Source: Podarcis pityusensis
Lineage: Eukaryota
Direction: 5' to 3' (one strand)
DNA length: 64,000 nt
Assembly: GCA_964106645.2 (NCBI GenBank)
Contig: OZ067045.1
Both the position numbers and the translations under genes were made by a program. Positions 10,942-24,738 of the stretch are shown piece by piece; the stretch's first letter is position 1; every line of letters starts with the position of its first letter. A model generated the notes under the pieces. That model had not been told where the DNA came from. It was given only the letters and a program-made list of their open reading frames with translations, and ran no database searches.

Positions 10942-13187
10942 TTTTTTTTTTTAATTTCTTTTTATTGAGTTTCTCTTTAAAAAAACAAAACCAAAAGAAA
11001 AAAAACAAATCAACAAATCCAAAAGAAATATCCATACATAGCACAAAGATAACATCCATTACAGTTCTTTGTCTTCTTCCTTGAATCTTTATATCTTTAG
11101 ATATTTAAACCTTTTCTCTACACACCCATTGACATCCTTCCCTCCCGATTTCCGGCTTCTTAATAAAAATTCTTTCTTTTTTCTGCAGCTATTAATTGTT
11201 AATGGTTTACGCGTCGTAAGACTTATATCAAACCTGCTATAGTTTTTAAGTCTCTGTAGTTTCCTTCAATGTATACCATAAATTTATTCCAGCCACTAAT
11301 AAACTTTGTATTTTTTTGGTTTCTGATTTTTTTGTGTCATTTTTGCTAAATCAACATATTCATATAATTTTGTTTGCCAATCTCTGATCGTTGGGGTATT
11401 TGGGCTTTTCCAGTTTTGTGCAATTAATATTCTAGCGGCGGCTGTGGCATATTGGAATAATGTCTTATCTTCTTTTTTGATTTCATCCCCAATTATTCCT
11501 AGTAAGAAGGCCTCTGGTCTTTTAGGGAAGGTATATTTAAATATTTTTTTTAACTCATTATAAATAAGTTCCCAGAACTTCATTATTTCGCAGGTCCACC
11601 ACATATGGTAGAAATTGCCTTCTTTGATTTTACACTTCCAGCAAGCCTTATTTCCTGTTTTGTACATTTTCTCTAGTTTTGCCGGTGTGATGTACCACCT
11701 ATACATCATTTTTTCCAAATTTTCTCTGAGTAAGACACATGCCATGAATTTCATTCCACTAGTCCATAATTTCAACCACTTATCATATTCTATATTGTAT
11801 CCCAAGTCCATTGCCCATTTTGTCATGACCTCCTTTATTTCTTCATCTTTAGTGTCCCAATCTAATAATATGTTATACATTTTAGATAATAACTTGGATT
11901 TACCTTCAATTATTTCTATCTGGAATTTAGATTTTTTCTCGTTTATCCCTACTTTTTTGTCTTCCTTCCATACTGCGTTTATTTGATGAAATTGCAGCCA
12001 GCCTGTTAGTTTGTCTTTCAGCTCCTCATATGTTCTCAATTTCCATCCACTCTCTGATCTTATCAGTAGGTCTTCATATGTCAGTCTTTCTCCTTCCATA
12101 TTTGCTTTTTTGGTTGTTAAAATATCAATTGGGGATAACCACCAGGGTGTTTTCCATTCCAGAAGTTTTTTATTTTTCTCCCAAACTTCGTATAGTGGCC
12201 CTCTAATAATGTGGTTTGAAAAACCTTTATGTACCTTTTCTTTATTTAGCCACAAATAGGCATGCCAATCAAACCTGTTGTTGAAGCCTTCTAAGTCTAA
12301 CAGATTGGTGTCTTCCAAATTTATCCAATCTCTGATCCAGCAGAGGCAGGAGGCCTCAAAGTATAACTTCAGATTAGGTACCGAGAATCCCCCTCTTTTT
12401 TTCCGATCTGTAAGTAATTTGAATCTAATTCTCGGTCTTTTCCCTTGCCATATAAATTTCGAAAGAGTTTTTTGCCAATCTTTAAACACTGAGGAACCTC
12501 TGATCACTGGGATGTTTTGGAACAAAAATATCATTCTTGGGAGTATGTTCATTTTTATTGCTGCCATCCTTCCCGCCCACGAAAGTTTTACTCTGTTCCA
12601 CGTATCTAGATCTTTTTTAATCTCCTTCCATGTTGTGGAATAATTATCCTGAATTAGATTTATGTTTTTTGTGGTTAGCCAAATTCCCAAATATTTTATT
12701 TTTTTAGCCACCTTGATTCCATTCTGTATCTCCAGTTTTTCTCTTTCATCTTTTCCCAAATTTTTAGTCAACATTTTTGTCTTTAATTTGTTTAATTTAA
12801 AACCGGATAGTTTGCCATATTCTTCTAATAACTCCAAGGCCTTACTAACGCTTTTCTACGGTTCTTCTAGGGATAGCATCAGATCATCTGCGTATGCTTT
12901 TAGTTTGTATTCCTTCGTTCCAACTTTGATCCCTCGAATCTCTTATCTTGTTCGTTATTACCTCTAATGCCATAATGAATAAAAGCGGGGATAGAGGGCA
13001 TCCCTGTCTTGTTCCTTTTTCAATTTTGAATGAATTTGTTAGATTATTGTTTATAATCAGTTTAGCAGATTGGTTCGAATAAATCGATTTTATTCCTTCC
13101 ATAAATTCGCCCTCTAGCCCTGCTTTCTCCATACTTTTTAATAAGAACAGCCATGAGACATTGTCGAATGCCTTCTCTGCATCGATG
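10942..13187 (-). mobile_element. 5'-truncated L1 LINE (ORF2 RT to C-terminal zinc knuckle, 3' UTR, poly(A))
   Basis: DAEKAFD, RQGCPLSP and YADD RT motifs; CWKC...HMWWTC knuckle; poly(T) on + at 10941; TSD AAAAA(G/C)AATTCT at 10930-10941 and 13188-13199; frameshift near 12940 and a stop near 12858. Confidence 0.93.
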
Positions 13188-13246
13188 AAAAACAATTCTA
13201 AATATTGTTAAATTTGTCTGGGGCAAGTCTACCTTTACACACGATT

Positions 13247-13417
13247 TGTTCTAGTTACAGGTAGGTGGCCGTGTTGGTCTGCCGTAGTCAAAACAAAACA
13301 AAATAGATAAAATAAAATATATATTTTTTTAAAAATCCTTCCAGTAGCACCTTAGAGACCAACTAAGTTAGTTATTGGTATGAGCTTTCGTGTGCATGCA
13401 CACTTCTTCAGATACAC
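13247..13417 (-). mobile_element. Penelope-like element terminal fragment
   Basis: typical pseudo-LTR end carrying a minimal hammerhead motif; A/T-rich spacer. Confidence 0.65.
13378..13415 (-). ncRNA. Minimal type I hammerhead ribozyme motif
   Basis: minus strand GTAT-CTGAAGA-A-GTGTGC-AT-GCACAC-GAAA-GCTC-ATAC: intact CUGAnGA/GAAA/UH core with stems I and II. Confidence 0.7.
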
Positions 13418-13474
13418 ATGTGTTATTTTATATGGCTAAGCAGACTTTCCCTCCTCCTTCTCCTCCTCCTCCAG

Positions 13475-13622
13475 GCTGCGTCTGGCTCGAATGAACGAAG
13501 AGATGCGAGAAGCCGAGGGCCCGTTTGGTCATCCAGGTCAATATCCGAACAACAGCCCCACAGAGCTCCAGTACAGGAAGTGTATACAGGAGTTCATCAG
13601 CCTTAACATAGATGAGTGTTAG
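13475..13622 (+). CDS. ACAP3: ACAP3 proximal last coding exon (LRLARMNEEMREAEGPFGHPGQYPNNSPTELQYRKCIQEFISLNIDEC*)
   Basis: tccag|G acceptor; C-terminus resembles mammalian ACAP3 (SPTELQFRRCIQEFISL); TAG at 13620-13622; internal donor CAG|gtcaat after 13536. Confidence 0.92.
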
Positions 13623-14405
13623 TGACGACTCCCGCAACCCTGATGCCTCCTCTTCCTCCTCCTCCTCCTCCTCCTCTTTTGGGTCAAAATTTAAGGATGC
13701 TGACTGAGCCCAGGAAAGAAGGAAACAAAACAAAACTGTAGACGTGTCTTGTGGTGGGGGGAGGGGGGATGTTTGGCAACTGGGGGGCGGGGGGCTTGCT
13801 GGTGGAAGTTTTCCATTCCAAAAGCCCATGGGTGGGTTTGCCCCGATGGCCACGCAGAAGGAGGAAGAGAGATAGAGAGAGACACTGAGAGAGGGGATAC
13901 AGGCAAAGAACCCTTAAAATGAAATATATGTGTAAAATCTTCACCTCTGGTCCCAGAAATGGGGAGGGTTCTGGTTTTTAAGGTACGCAAACTTTGGGTG
14001 GATCAGGGCCAGAACACCCGTTCTGCCTTGCGGGCTTTGCAGGATCACGTCCACGCCACAGAGCACCTTTTAATGCACATTAAAAGCACGCAGCTTTTCC
14101 CTGAAGAACCCTGGGAACTGTAGCTTGTTTAAGGGTGCTATGGAGTGTAGCTCTTTGAGGGGTCAACTACAGTTCCCAAGATTCTATGGGGAGGAGCCCT
14201 GTGCTTAAAGTGCATGATGTGGGTCAGCCCTAAGAGCGCAAGAAGCGCCTCTCACCCACTTTTCCAACAGTTTGATTGCTGTTTTTAAACCCCCGTTGCC
14301 AGGAATTAAAAGCAAGGTTCGGAGGAGAGAGGCTTTTGCAGAGAGAAGAGGGAATTGTACATATAGGTGAAAAGGGAGCCGAGATTTGGGACTTGAAAGG
14401 GGCAT

Positions 14406-14408
<3 letters not shown>

Positions 14409-14456
<48 letters not shown>
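14409..14456. repeat. (CT)n microsatellite
   Basis: direct reading. Confidence 0.95.
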
Positions 14457-14460
<4 letters not shown>

Positions 14461-17400
14461 CTCTTGCTCTTCCCAGTGGCATTAGCCATCAACCTGTGAT
14501 GTATCTTTCAGATGGTTTGGAGTGCCGATCACACACACATATGAAAAGCTCAGCCAGTTGGTTTGGGCTGTAAACGCAAAATCCTGGCCCACTTAACGTA
14601 CAGAGCAGGTGTTGACGGGGGTTTGGTGGGGCGATCGGCAGGTCTGTTTGCTGTGCCCTTTTTGCATGTGCTACAGTTCTTTGGATTGAGAGGCATGGCT
14701 GCCCACCTTACATGCTCTCAGGTTAATGCCAGCAAAGGCTTCCTCTGGTTTTTGCTTTGTTTTGTTTTGAGGTGGTTTTTTTTTCCTGTCTGTGTATGGA
14801 ATATTTAACAGGGAGGTAAGCTTAGCTGGTCAAAGCCATAACTCAGCCGCTTCCAAGATGAGGACGCGATCCTTGAAGGGCGAAGGCAAATGTAACATAC
14901 ATGAGAAGAGCGTGTGGAAGCATCGTCGCCATGGGTTGTGTCCACTGTTAGCCTTACTCAGAGTAGATCTATTGGATTGAACAGGCACAACTAATTTAGG
15001 TCTATTAATTCCAGTGGGTCCACTCTGGCTAGGATTTAGTTGGATGCAACCTATGTTTGGTGCAATTTGTACCCTCATCTCTTTTTCAGGATCAAACTCT
15101 GGGGATGAGGCAGGGAGAATGCTGCCCCTTTCTGGCCAATAAAATAAAATAAAATTCAGTTGTGGGGTGGCATCAGTTGGCTACTATCTGCATCGTGAAT
15201 GAGACGCCTTCAGTCCTGGTCCAAAAGGCAGTTTTGTAACTGTTGTTGTTTTTTAAATGCCTCTTTATAGAGGATTGGCGGTGTGAATGAATAAATTAAG
15301 GGTGGCCAGTTGTTAGTCATACTGCAAAATGACTTTGGCCCAGTTCTCACTGCGGTTGTTAACTTGTGTCTGGGCTGTACCACTCCTGATGGTAGGTGGG
15401 GGCTCATGTAATGGAATTTTTCTCCATATCAAAACAAATGCCCTACACAAGGAAGACTAGCATGTCGGTGTGGTTTCTAGCCCAACTTTCTTCCTGATGT
15501 GCTAACTCTCTGTGTACAGGGTGACTATTGTTATTATTATTTTGTAAAGCGTGCCTCAATTTATTTATTTTAAATGGCCCACAAGGTGTGCAACCTTCCT
15601 GACGGTCATGGAGTAGAGAAAAAACAGACAGCTAACTTTGCACCCACTGTTGCGAATAGAGGAGTAACAACCCCCACCACGATTTCTCTTGAAATAGTAC
15701 ATCTGTCTTCACCTTTCGGATGTTACACCTGTCCTCACCTGTAGACTTGCCAAAAGTGGTGAGGCTTGGAAGAAGATGCTCATCGCCGGCGATGAGTTTT
15801 TGATTTTTGATTTTTTTTTAGGAAGACAAAAAAAACACACAGACACATACCCAGGGAGAATTGTAAAGTCACTCCTAGCTAGCCTTCTGAGGCAACAATT
15901 AACTGGAGCACATAAGGGGGTGGGTGGGTTTATATTCCTAAATCATGATGGATTTCCTACTTAACAATTCCAGAGAAAGAGGACTTCTCCTTTGCATGCT
16001 CGCCCTTACAAAGACTGTGATCCTTCCTCTCCCTGATGCATGTCCGCAGAGGGCTCAGCAATTCCAGATTTCTTGGATTCTGGGATACGGGGTGTTCGGG
16101 GTGGGGTGGGGCAGGGTGGGGTGTGGTGGGGAGGGTTAGGTTATTTATTATGCTTTTTTTCTGGAGCAGGACCTGTTCTTACTCTCCCGAGTAACCCTTG
16201 GGGTTGTTTTTTTTACGGTCTCTGTCAGGAGACAGACCGGGATTTTACTTTAGACTTAGGAGTAGGATAACTTTTCTTGACGATCATGTGTAAAATATGA
16301 AGCAGCGGCTGGCCCAGGCACTGCCTTGGGGCGGTAGGGGGAGTTGTCCTCCCCAAAGCGAAAGAATCCTACAATGTTCACAGTGTCATTACCTCCTGTT
16401 CAAGGGTTAGGTGGCTTGTGGATGAGCGAGCAAATTTTGCTGGTCGTCTCTCTCTCCACCCTCTCCACTGGTGATTCAGATACATCTCCCATCCCATCTC
16501 CTGCCTAGATTGCCCTTCTCCCTGCCAACCTCATATACACCTGCTTAAGGAGCTGAGGCAGATGATTTTTGCCTCTGCTAACACTTTCCCAATGATCTCC
16601 ACTGAGGTACCAGTCTCTTGGGGTGGTGCAAAAGGCTACAGATGCATGCAATTCTCACTCGAGAGTTTTGGGGAAGGTTTGGGGCAGGGGAGGCGAAAGT
16701 GTGAGCTTTAAGCCTGGAGTAAGGGGAGAGAAATTCGAATGGACTTTGTGCTGAAAGGCGACTCTACCTAAATTTGAACCGAAACACAGCCGTGCTTTGA
16801 AATTTGCACTTCTACAAATTTGGCATGGCAGTTTCCCACAGTGGAATTGCATGCAAGGAGAAAATCACTCTTAAAGGCTGGCGATTTTTCATTGGGGCTT
16901 TTAAAAAAACAGGGAGGGCAAGTATTTGTCCCCAGTTTTTCCACCAGGCCTGGCCATTCCAGAGATGTTCTGTTGCCTTCCAGTCACAAGGGCTGATGTT
17001 CAAACATCAAGCTTGCACCCAAATCCTCTCACACAAGCCATAAAGCCACAAGTGTTCCTGGTTGCCAATTGCTCTCTGCGGTTCTGTCCCCTACTGCCTA
17101 ACCTAGGAAGCTGCTTTGTACTGCATCAGACTGGCAAAGACTCTCTAGGGTTTCAGAAACGGCACCCTTTCACCTTAAATAATAATAAAAATAATTTATG
17201 CCCTGCCCATCTGAATGGGTTTCCCCAGCTGCTCTGGGCGGCCTCTAGCATAATAAAAACACAGCGTAACGTCAAATATTAAAAATTTCCCAATACAGGA
17301 CTGCCTTCGGATTTCTTTGGAAAGTTGTGCAGTTGTTTATCTGTTTGACATCTGATGGGAGGGCGTTCCACAGGGCAGGTGCCACTATCGAGAAGGCCCT

Positions 17401-20400
17401 GTGCCTGGTTCCCTGTAACTTCACTTCTCGCCCTTCACTCCTCCTTTACCTGCAGATGGCAGGGATTGAACCTGGGACCTCGTGCACACAAGGCAGATTC
17501 TCTGTGACTGAGCCACAGCCCTTCCCCTAGGACAGGGGAACATAGGAATAACATAGCTAGATGCATTGACGCTGAGCTGCAGCCCTTCCTCTCTGACAGC
17601 CATGTGACTCTTCCTGAAGCCCCACCCTCTTCCTCATGCCCCAGACCTCCGCACAACATTCCTGCTCAGGTCAGCCCCACGGTTCTCCTGCCTTTTGCCT
17701 CACCTTCTGTGACCTCAGGTCAGCCTGGGGGATGCAGTTAATCTGCTTAGCTGCCTCTCTCTGCCATGACGCAACCCCTGGTGACTGATGTGACGAAGAA
17801 CACATCAGATACTCTCTCTTTTTCTCTTTCCTTCTTTCTTCCCCCCACCCTCCTCCTCAAGCCAGCTCCCTCTGCTGAATCACACATCCCACAATATTGA
17901 CTCAGACGCTGTGCTTGCAATGCACTTCTCTGAGCAACCTCTGAGTAAAACCTATAGTAATGGGCACATGGGAATTAGGGAGCCCATTCTTCTCATTTTC
18001 TTACCCGTTCCTCCCCCAGTAGAAATGAGTCGTTCTCATTTCTGGCAGAAAGAGCTGTTCAACAGTGGAATTGGCTCCCTCGGAAGGTGGCCGACTCTCA
18101 TTCCTTGGAGGTTTGCAAACAGGAGTTGAGTGACCATCTGCCAGGGATTCTTTCAATACGATTCCTACGTTGCAGGGGCTGGACTAGATGACCTGTTGGG
18201 TCCCTTCCAGCTCTACATTTCTACAGTTCTATGATCCCCTCACTCCTCTTAAAGGAATAGCAAATCCCATCCTTCTCTCCTCTATCTTGGTAGAAGCAAG
18301 GAAGCCAACATGCCCTGAGCATTGTCAGCCAATCATTTTTGGATCCCATCTTTGCACTCAGAAATTCAAGTCTGCATACCTTGGGATTGAATAATAATAA
18401 TAATAATAATAATTATTTATACCCCGCCCTCCCTGGCAGGAGCCGGACTCAGGGTGGCAAACAACAGTAAAATTACAGTAAAAACATAATAGGAAAAAAA
18501 CAAACCAATTTAAAATACAGCTTAAAATGCAATTTTAAATGCAGCCTCATTTTAAAAGTAGCCCATAGATCAAAACCGTAAGGGGAGGGAAACATAAGGG
18601 TCAGTCTGAGTCCAAACCAAAGGCCAGGCCGAACAGCTCTTGAGTGAGTCATCCTGTTCTTATCGTCACCACAACTACCCTGCGAGGGAGGTTAAGCCAA
18701 GATAACGTACAGTCGGCCACAAAAGTTTCGCCCCTGAGCTTTATGGCTGGAGCAGGGGCCAAACCCAAAATTCACATTATACCACCCAACGGTGGTGACC
18801 ACCAACTTGGATGGCTGTAAAAGACAGATTTGTGGAGGGTATGGCTATCACTGGCTACTGGCTATAATGGCTATGTTGAACCTCCATTGTTGAAGACAGT
18901 ATACCTGCGCATAACGCCAGTTGCTGGAATCTTAGGTGCGGAAAGTATTGTTGCACTCAGATCTGGCTTGGTATCTGGTTGGCCACTGTGAGAACAGGAT
19001 ACTGGATTAGATGGGCCCCTGGCCTTCTTAGGTCTTTATCTACAACACTACCACACTGCCGCCCCCAACTATTAGATCAGAAACGAAAAGAACTCTGTGG
19101 ACATTACAGTAGTTCAAAAGAATTTGTCTAAGTCATCACTGCTTCTTGTGGGACCGAACCACATTGAAAGTCTCCCAGAAACATCTGTTCGTGTCAATTA
19201 ATTTCATGATTGCATGAGCTGCCCTAGGAAAGGTGTGTGTCAGCTATCGCCAGACCTTTTCAGACCTGCCTTTACGCCAAACATGCATTTGGGGAATCAT
19301 TTCTCATATAACCATATATTTGTATGGAGGTGGTACTTGTTGCAGCAACTTGGGACGGGAGCGAAATTCTATTTTGCTCGTGTTTGAAGCCAGTCCTACC
19401 TGATTCCCCCACTTTCCAAAACAATATGCAAACTGAAATGCAGCCATTGAAATCTGTGCTTTTGCAATGCAGTTCCCCAACCATGTAATGTGTACTCCCC
19501 CCATCCCAAAAATGCATATACAGTACTTAAGGGTGCTTAATAATGCAGATGTTAGTGATAACTTACCCCCCAAAAATGCATTCTGTTTGGGAAAATTGCT
19601 TTGCAAAAATGTGCATATTAGGCGAGGTGGTGTTTTATCTCTTTGGAATGCATTAGTATACCTACAATTTTTCACCCTGAAAAATTGCACACTGAAATAA
19701 TGATAGATTTTCATGAGGACCGTTTTCTTTCATTGCAAACTGATGTGGAAATGTGGAGAATGTGGCTGAAAGCTTGGGAAATGGAGAGAAACTGAAAGTG
19801 ACATATTCACCCTTCCTTAGCTGCAGAACACCGTGACCCCATGGAGGCTCCCCAACCCACCCATTGAAGATCAGTGGAGTACAGTTCCCCCCCTTCCCCT
19901 CTCCCTGCCACCAGCCCTCTAGGCCACTGTCATGTTTTTAAAATGTGGAAAGTGTACAGGGATGGTGCAGACAAGGAAGCCACGGTTTAAATCCTGAGGT
20001 AGTGGCGGTCGTAGGGGCTTGCAAAGGGGGTTGCATGTCTGACAAGGTGTTTTATCTATTTATGATGCATTAGTACCTACATTTAAGAGTCAATGTATAA
20101 AATCAGCTATGTGCACTTTTCCTACTTAGCAGTATTGGGTTCTTTTTTAAAAAAGAAAAGAAAAGATGTTAATGTTCTTTTTGTTATGGAATACTGTGCT
20201 GTCTTTTTAAAATGGGTGACATTGTTTAAGTATTTAATTTATTACTGAGGAAGCCCCCAAGGGCGTGTGCAATTACTTTCTCCCCCCTCCCCCCCCCACC
20301 TTCAGTACAGTTCGGCTGTATTTCAACGTCAGATTTTTCGTTTCTTTTGTACAGTTGCTAGGGAGTTGTTGTTTTTTTAAAAAAGAAAATCCAGCAAATT

Positions 20401-23400
20401 TGCCTCTCCACACCCCCTGCTCAGATCGCTTTCTTTGCTTTGTTTTTGGAAGCATCAGAAGCCTGATAGTTTTCGAACACATCTAAAGCAAGTTTCTGGG
20501 CTGGATCTGGACAAAGGTTGCAATCCTAGACCCGCTTGCCTGGGAGTAAGCTCCATTTAACATAGTGGGCCCTACTTCTGCCTAAGCATGCATAGGATTG
20601 CAGTTGTAAGTTAGTTGAACTTTGTTCTCATTGAAAGCAATGGGGCTTGAGTCATTACAGCTAAGTTGCCCCATTTGATTTCAGTGGCATCTGAGCTCAA
20701 CTCGTTTAGTCTGAATCCGGCCCTCTTATATGCTTTCATTAGGATGAAACATTGAACTTTCACAAATTTCTTCCATTGGTTGATGGGGATTCTGGAACAG
20801 CATGGACGGGATGTGTGTGTTTGGAACTGGAAGGGAGGGACGTTAGGGGAAAATGTACATAATTCCAGGTTACTTTGCAACAAAGAACTAGGTATAACAT
20901 TGCAAGGTTTGGCTTGTATGGCCTTTCCCTTCCAATATGGAAATATTTTTATTGTATTCTCTATAACCCTATTTGAAATGCACCAGATCTCCTTCTCTCC
21001 CCACTCTTTTAAAGTGTTGAATCGCACACTGGATTACAAAATCCAGTTGCAGCTGCAAAGTTGCCTTTGTGAAGAAAGCAGCACCCCTTCCCACTCAAAG
21101 CAAAACTCTCCTTCACAGCTGACTATTGTTCCCTGGGAGAGGGTGGAAATAAGGCAGAGAGGCAGAGAGTGCATCAGCACTGTAATATTGCATCAATTTA
21201 ATTCCTCTTTAATGGTCCTGGCTTCCTGCAAAGACTCCTGGGAAGTGAGTAGAGATGAGGGAGAAATTATGTTCAGCTCATGCTTGAATACGAAACCCCC
21301 CAATTCACACATACCGAAAGAATGGGCCAACCAGAACACAGCTATCCTTTGCGATTCACACTTCTCTGAATCTTGTGGTGCTGTTCTCCGACGAAAAAAT
21401 GTGAATATTAAGAGAAAGTGTGCTAAAAATGCAACAACGAAAATAAAATACAAAAATGCATTATATATTAGGAAAAATCACATACAAAAAGTGTGTCTGT
21501 CAGGAGAAATTTGCACTAAAATGCTGGCAAATTTTCGGGAGGGTTATTTTTAAAAAAATAGTAATGCAAAGCGAAGAGCAAACTGAATTTAAGATTGGGA
21601 AAATGAGAAAGAGAGAGAAGCCATCCATCCCTAGAAGCGAGCTTTAGGGGAAGATGCTAAGGTTTCTCCATTAGACGCCTTCTTCCTTTCCTTAGAGAAC
21701 TACAACTCCCAGGATTCTTTGCAGTCTGTCACGTGACTGTTATGGCATGCTGCACATTTCTATATGTTGTTTCCCCGGTGTCGGCATTTGCCACCTGGGT
21801 TCACTATTAGAGGGGCTGACTCATTGGGCAAATGAGACCAGTAGTTGATATTAAGGTGGAAGACAAGAATTGCAAACAAGGAGTGGGCAGGGAAAAGAGA
21901 CCAAAATGGAGCGTCGTTGCTGCCGTCCAAAGGCAAATTGGATTTCTGGTTAGCAGTTGCTTAGTTTGGCAGCTGCCAATGTACCCTCCAGATGTGGACT
22001 ACAACTCCCATCCTTGACCCCTACCCATGATCAGTGGGGGCTGGTGAGAGTGGTAGCCCACCACATCTAGATAAGTCCTTGCTGGCAAACACTCATGACA
22101 AACGCGTGTGGCTTGGCGTTCAGTGGATGGCGTGCAGAGGTGTTTGGAGTAGCTGGGGAAAAGGTGTATACTGTGAGCTGGGGAAAAGATTTGTGGAGCG
22201 TTGCGGGGAAAGGAGAAGCACAAATATTGGAAGAGAACGTAAAATACTGAGTGCTGCTTCCTTAGGAATGTGATGTACTGATGGGCCAGGAGAGCCCTTT
22301 TAGGGTATAAGAGGTCCACCGCAGCTCCCAGTGGAGTAACTCCAACTACTGTAACGTTCCGGCGAACGTTATTTTCCACTCGAAATATGTGTGTTTACCA
22401 CATGGGGGTGCTCTTTGACAACCACTAGCAATGGAAGAACTAGAAGGTTAGAAAGCTCAGAGCCACTGGCAAGGAAAGAACGTCAATTCCCCCTAGCACA
22501 GCCCAGAATGTTCACCTACACAATGCAAACTGCCAGTCATTGGAAGCTGCAAAGCTATAGGCATATCGCATATGCCCACAAGAATCCTGGGAACTGTAGT
22601 TTGTTAAGGATGCTGAGAGTTGTTAGGAGACACACACCCCTCCAGTGCAGACCCCCCCCCCATCTGTTGACCTTATATGACCCTGGTCTTTCTAGGACAC
22701 AGGGTGCTTCTGTGCAATGCTGGACCCCTCCTTCCTCCAGAAGAAACTTTTGTATTATAAAATTAGGACCCATATTCAAATCAAGACATCAGGGGCTTTG
22801 ATCACTCTCTATTTAAACAGCATTGGAGAAGGTTGACGTCGCTGTTGCTTTGCTGTGCCAGGTCTGAGCCGTGTGATCAGCAAAATCATGTGATGGCATC
22901 CATCTTGGATCTCACCATTTCAGAGATGCGGGTGGGGGAGGTGAGATCTGCAAAACCTTTCACTCTGTATTGCATTTGGAGAACTATGGCATGCGGGGGG
23001 CTGGGGGAGGCCACACTCTATCCTGTTTATTTATCTGTTCTTTGTGCATGGGAGAGGCTATATGGGGAACATTCAAAATGTTGTTCCCGCCCCACCCGCC
23101 CAGTCTTAAAGTGGTATAGTCCAGGAGGAACACTACCACATGGTTTTGCTGAGAACAGCTTGAAGTTGCTGGTTGAGGCTCTAATATCAACAGGAAATGA
23201 TGGGGGTAGGGGGAGAGGAAATAGTCATCTAGGACATGAAACACTCTGTAAATAACGTTCCAGCACATTAACCATTCCTCTTACCACTTCAACTTGCTTT
23301 TCAGTACAATCTTTGTAACACTGGCTTGTTTGTTTGTTTTTTAATTAAAAAAAAATTACCTCTTCCTGTTTTTTCTCACTTTTGCCTGCTCGGCCTCGAC

Positions 23401-23599
23401 TGAGTCTACCTATGGAAAAATCCAAACACTTCTGTATGTTATTTATCTTTGTATGGTTTTAACCAGGAAAGGGGAGAAAAAAACATCAACACACACACAC
23501 ACACACAACTGAGAATACCCCACAGAAATTCTGCTGCTCTGGTGTCTTATTGACCCCCTCTCCCCCCCCCTTCCTTCTCCCGTCTCTTGAAACACTGTT

Positions 23600-23605
23600 A
23601 ATAAA
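23600..23605 (+). terminator. Candidate distal poly(A) signal for the ACAP3 proximal last exon
   Basis: AATAAA followed by a U/GU-rich tract (23621-23680). Confidence 0.4.
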
Positions 23606-23766
23606 AATCTAGAGTAAAATCTTTTACCTCTTCTTCCTTCGCCTCTTGTTATTTATGTTGTCTTGCTTCTGTTTTCTATATTAACTCTATGAGCTTTGGG
23701 ACCCCCACCCCCTAAAAAATCTAGGGCAATATATTCACACACAAACATAACCCCTTGCTACTCTTT

Positions 23767-24111
23767 AAAGGGACCCCTGACCATTAGGTCCAGTCGTGGC
23801 CGACTCTGGGGTTGCAGCGTTCATCTCGCTTTATTGGCTGAGGGAGCCGGCGTACAGCTTCCAGGTCATGTGGCCAGCATGACTAAGCCGCTTCTGGTGA
23901 ACCAGAGCAGTGCACGGAAACGCCGTTTACCTTCCCGCTGGAGCAGTACCTATTTATCTACTTGCACTTTGAAGTACTTTCGAACTGCTAGGTTGGCAGG
24001 GGCAGGGACCAAACAATGGAAGCTCATCCCATCGCGGGGATTCGAACCGCCAACCTTCTGATCGGCAAGTCCTAGACTCTGTGGTTTAACCCACAGCGCC
24101 ACCCGCGTCCC
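23767..24111 (-). mobile_element. Sauria SINE
   Basis: same family; TSD ACTCTTTAA. Confidence 0.9.
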
Positions 24112-24496
24112 ACTCTTTAAGTGGATGCTACTCTTTAAGTGGGTGGTAAATTAGCCCCATTAGTGTTGAGTTCACGTCACCTGTCTCCCTCTCCTTGTTA
24201 ATTTAGGATGGTACATGGGGTCAACATAACAATCATAAGAACACAGAAAGCTGCCTTATACTGAATCAGATCATTGGTCTGCCTACACTGACTAGCAATG
24301 GCTCCTCAGGGTTTCAGGCAAGGAACAGTCCCGGCCCTGATTGAAGATGCCATTGGGAGTTGAACCTGGGTTCTTCTGCATGCGAAGCAAGATGCTGTAC
24401 CACTGAGCTACAGATTATCCCAACAGGATGGAGAACTGAGCTAAAACATAACGAAATGAGTTTCATTATGGATAAATGGGTTAAGTTCTGCATTTA

Positions 24497-24738
24497 AAAA
24501 GGTAAAGGGACCCCTGACCATTAGGTCTAGTCGTGACTGACTCTGGGGTTGTGGCGCTCATCTCGCTTTATTGGCCGAGGGAGCCAGCGTACAGCTTCCA
24601 GGTCATGTGGCCAGCATGACTAAGCCGCTTCTGGCGAACCAGAGCAGCGCATGGAAACACCGTTTACCTTCCCGCCAGAGCGGTACCTATTTATCTACTT
24701 GCACTTTGACGTGCTTTCGAACTACTAGGTTGGCAGGA
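24497..24738 (-). mobile_element. Sauria SINE, 5'-truncated
   Basis: same family; TSD AAGTTCTGCATTTA. Confidence 0.88.

Noticed and set aside
20780-21553. 257-aa ORF
   Set aside because: No recognisable domain, non-ATG start, and it runs through an AT-rich old repeat that recurs elsewhere in the window
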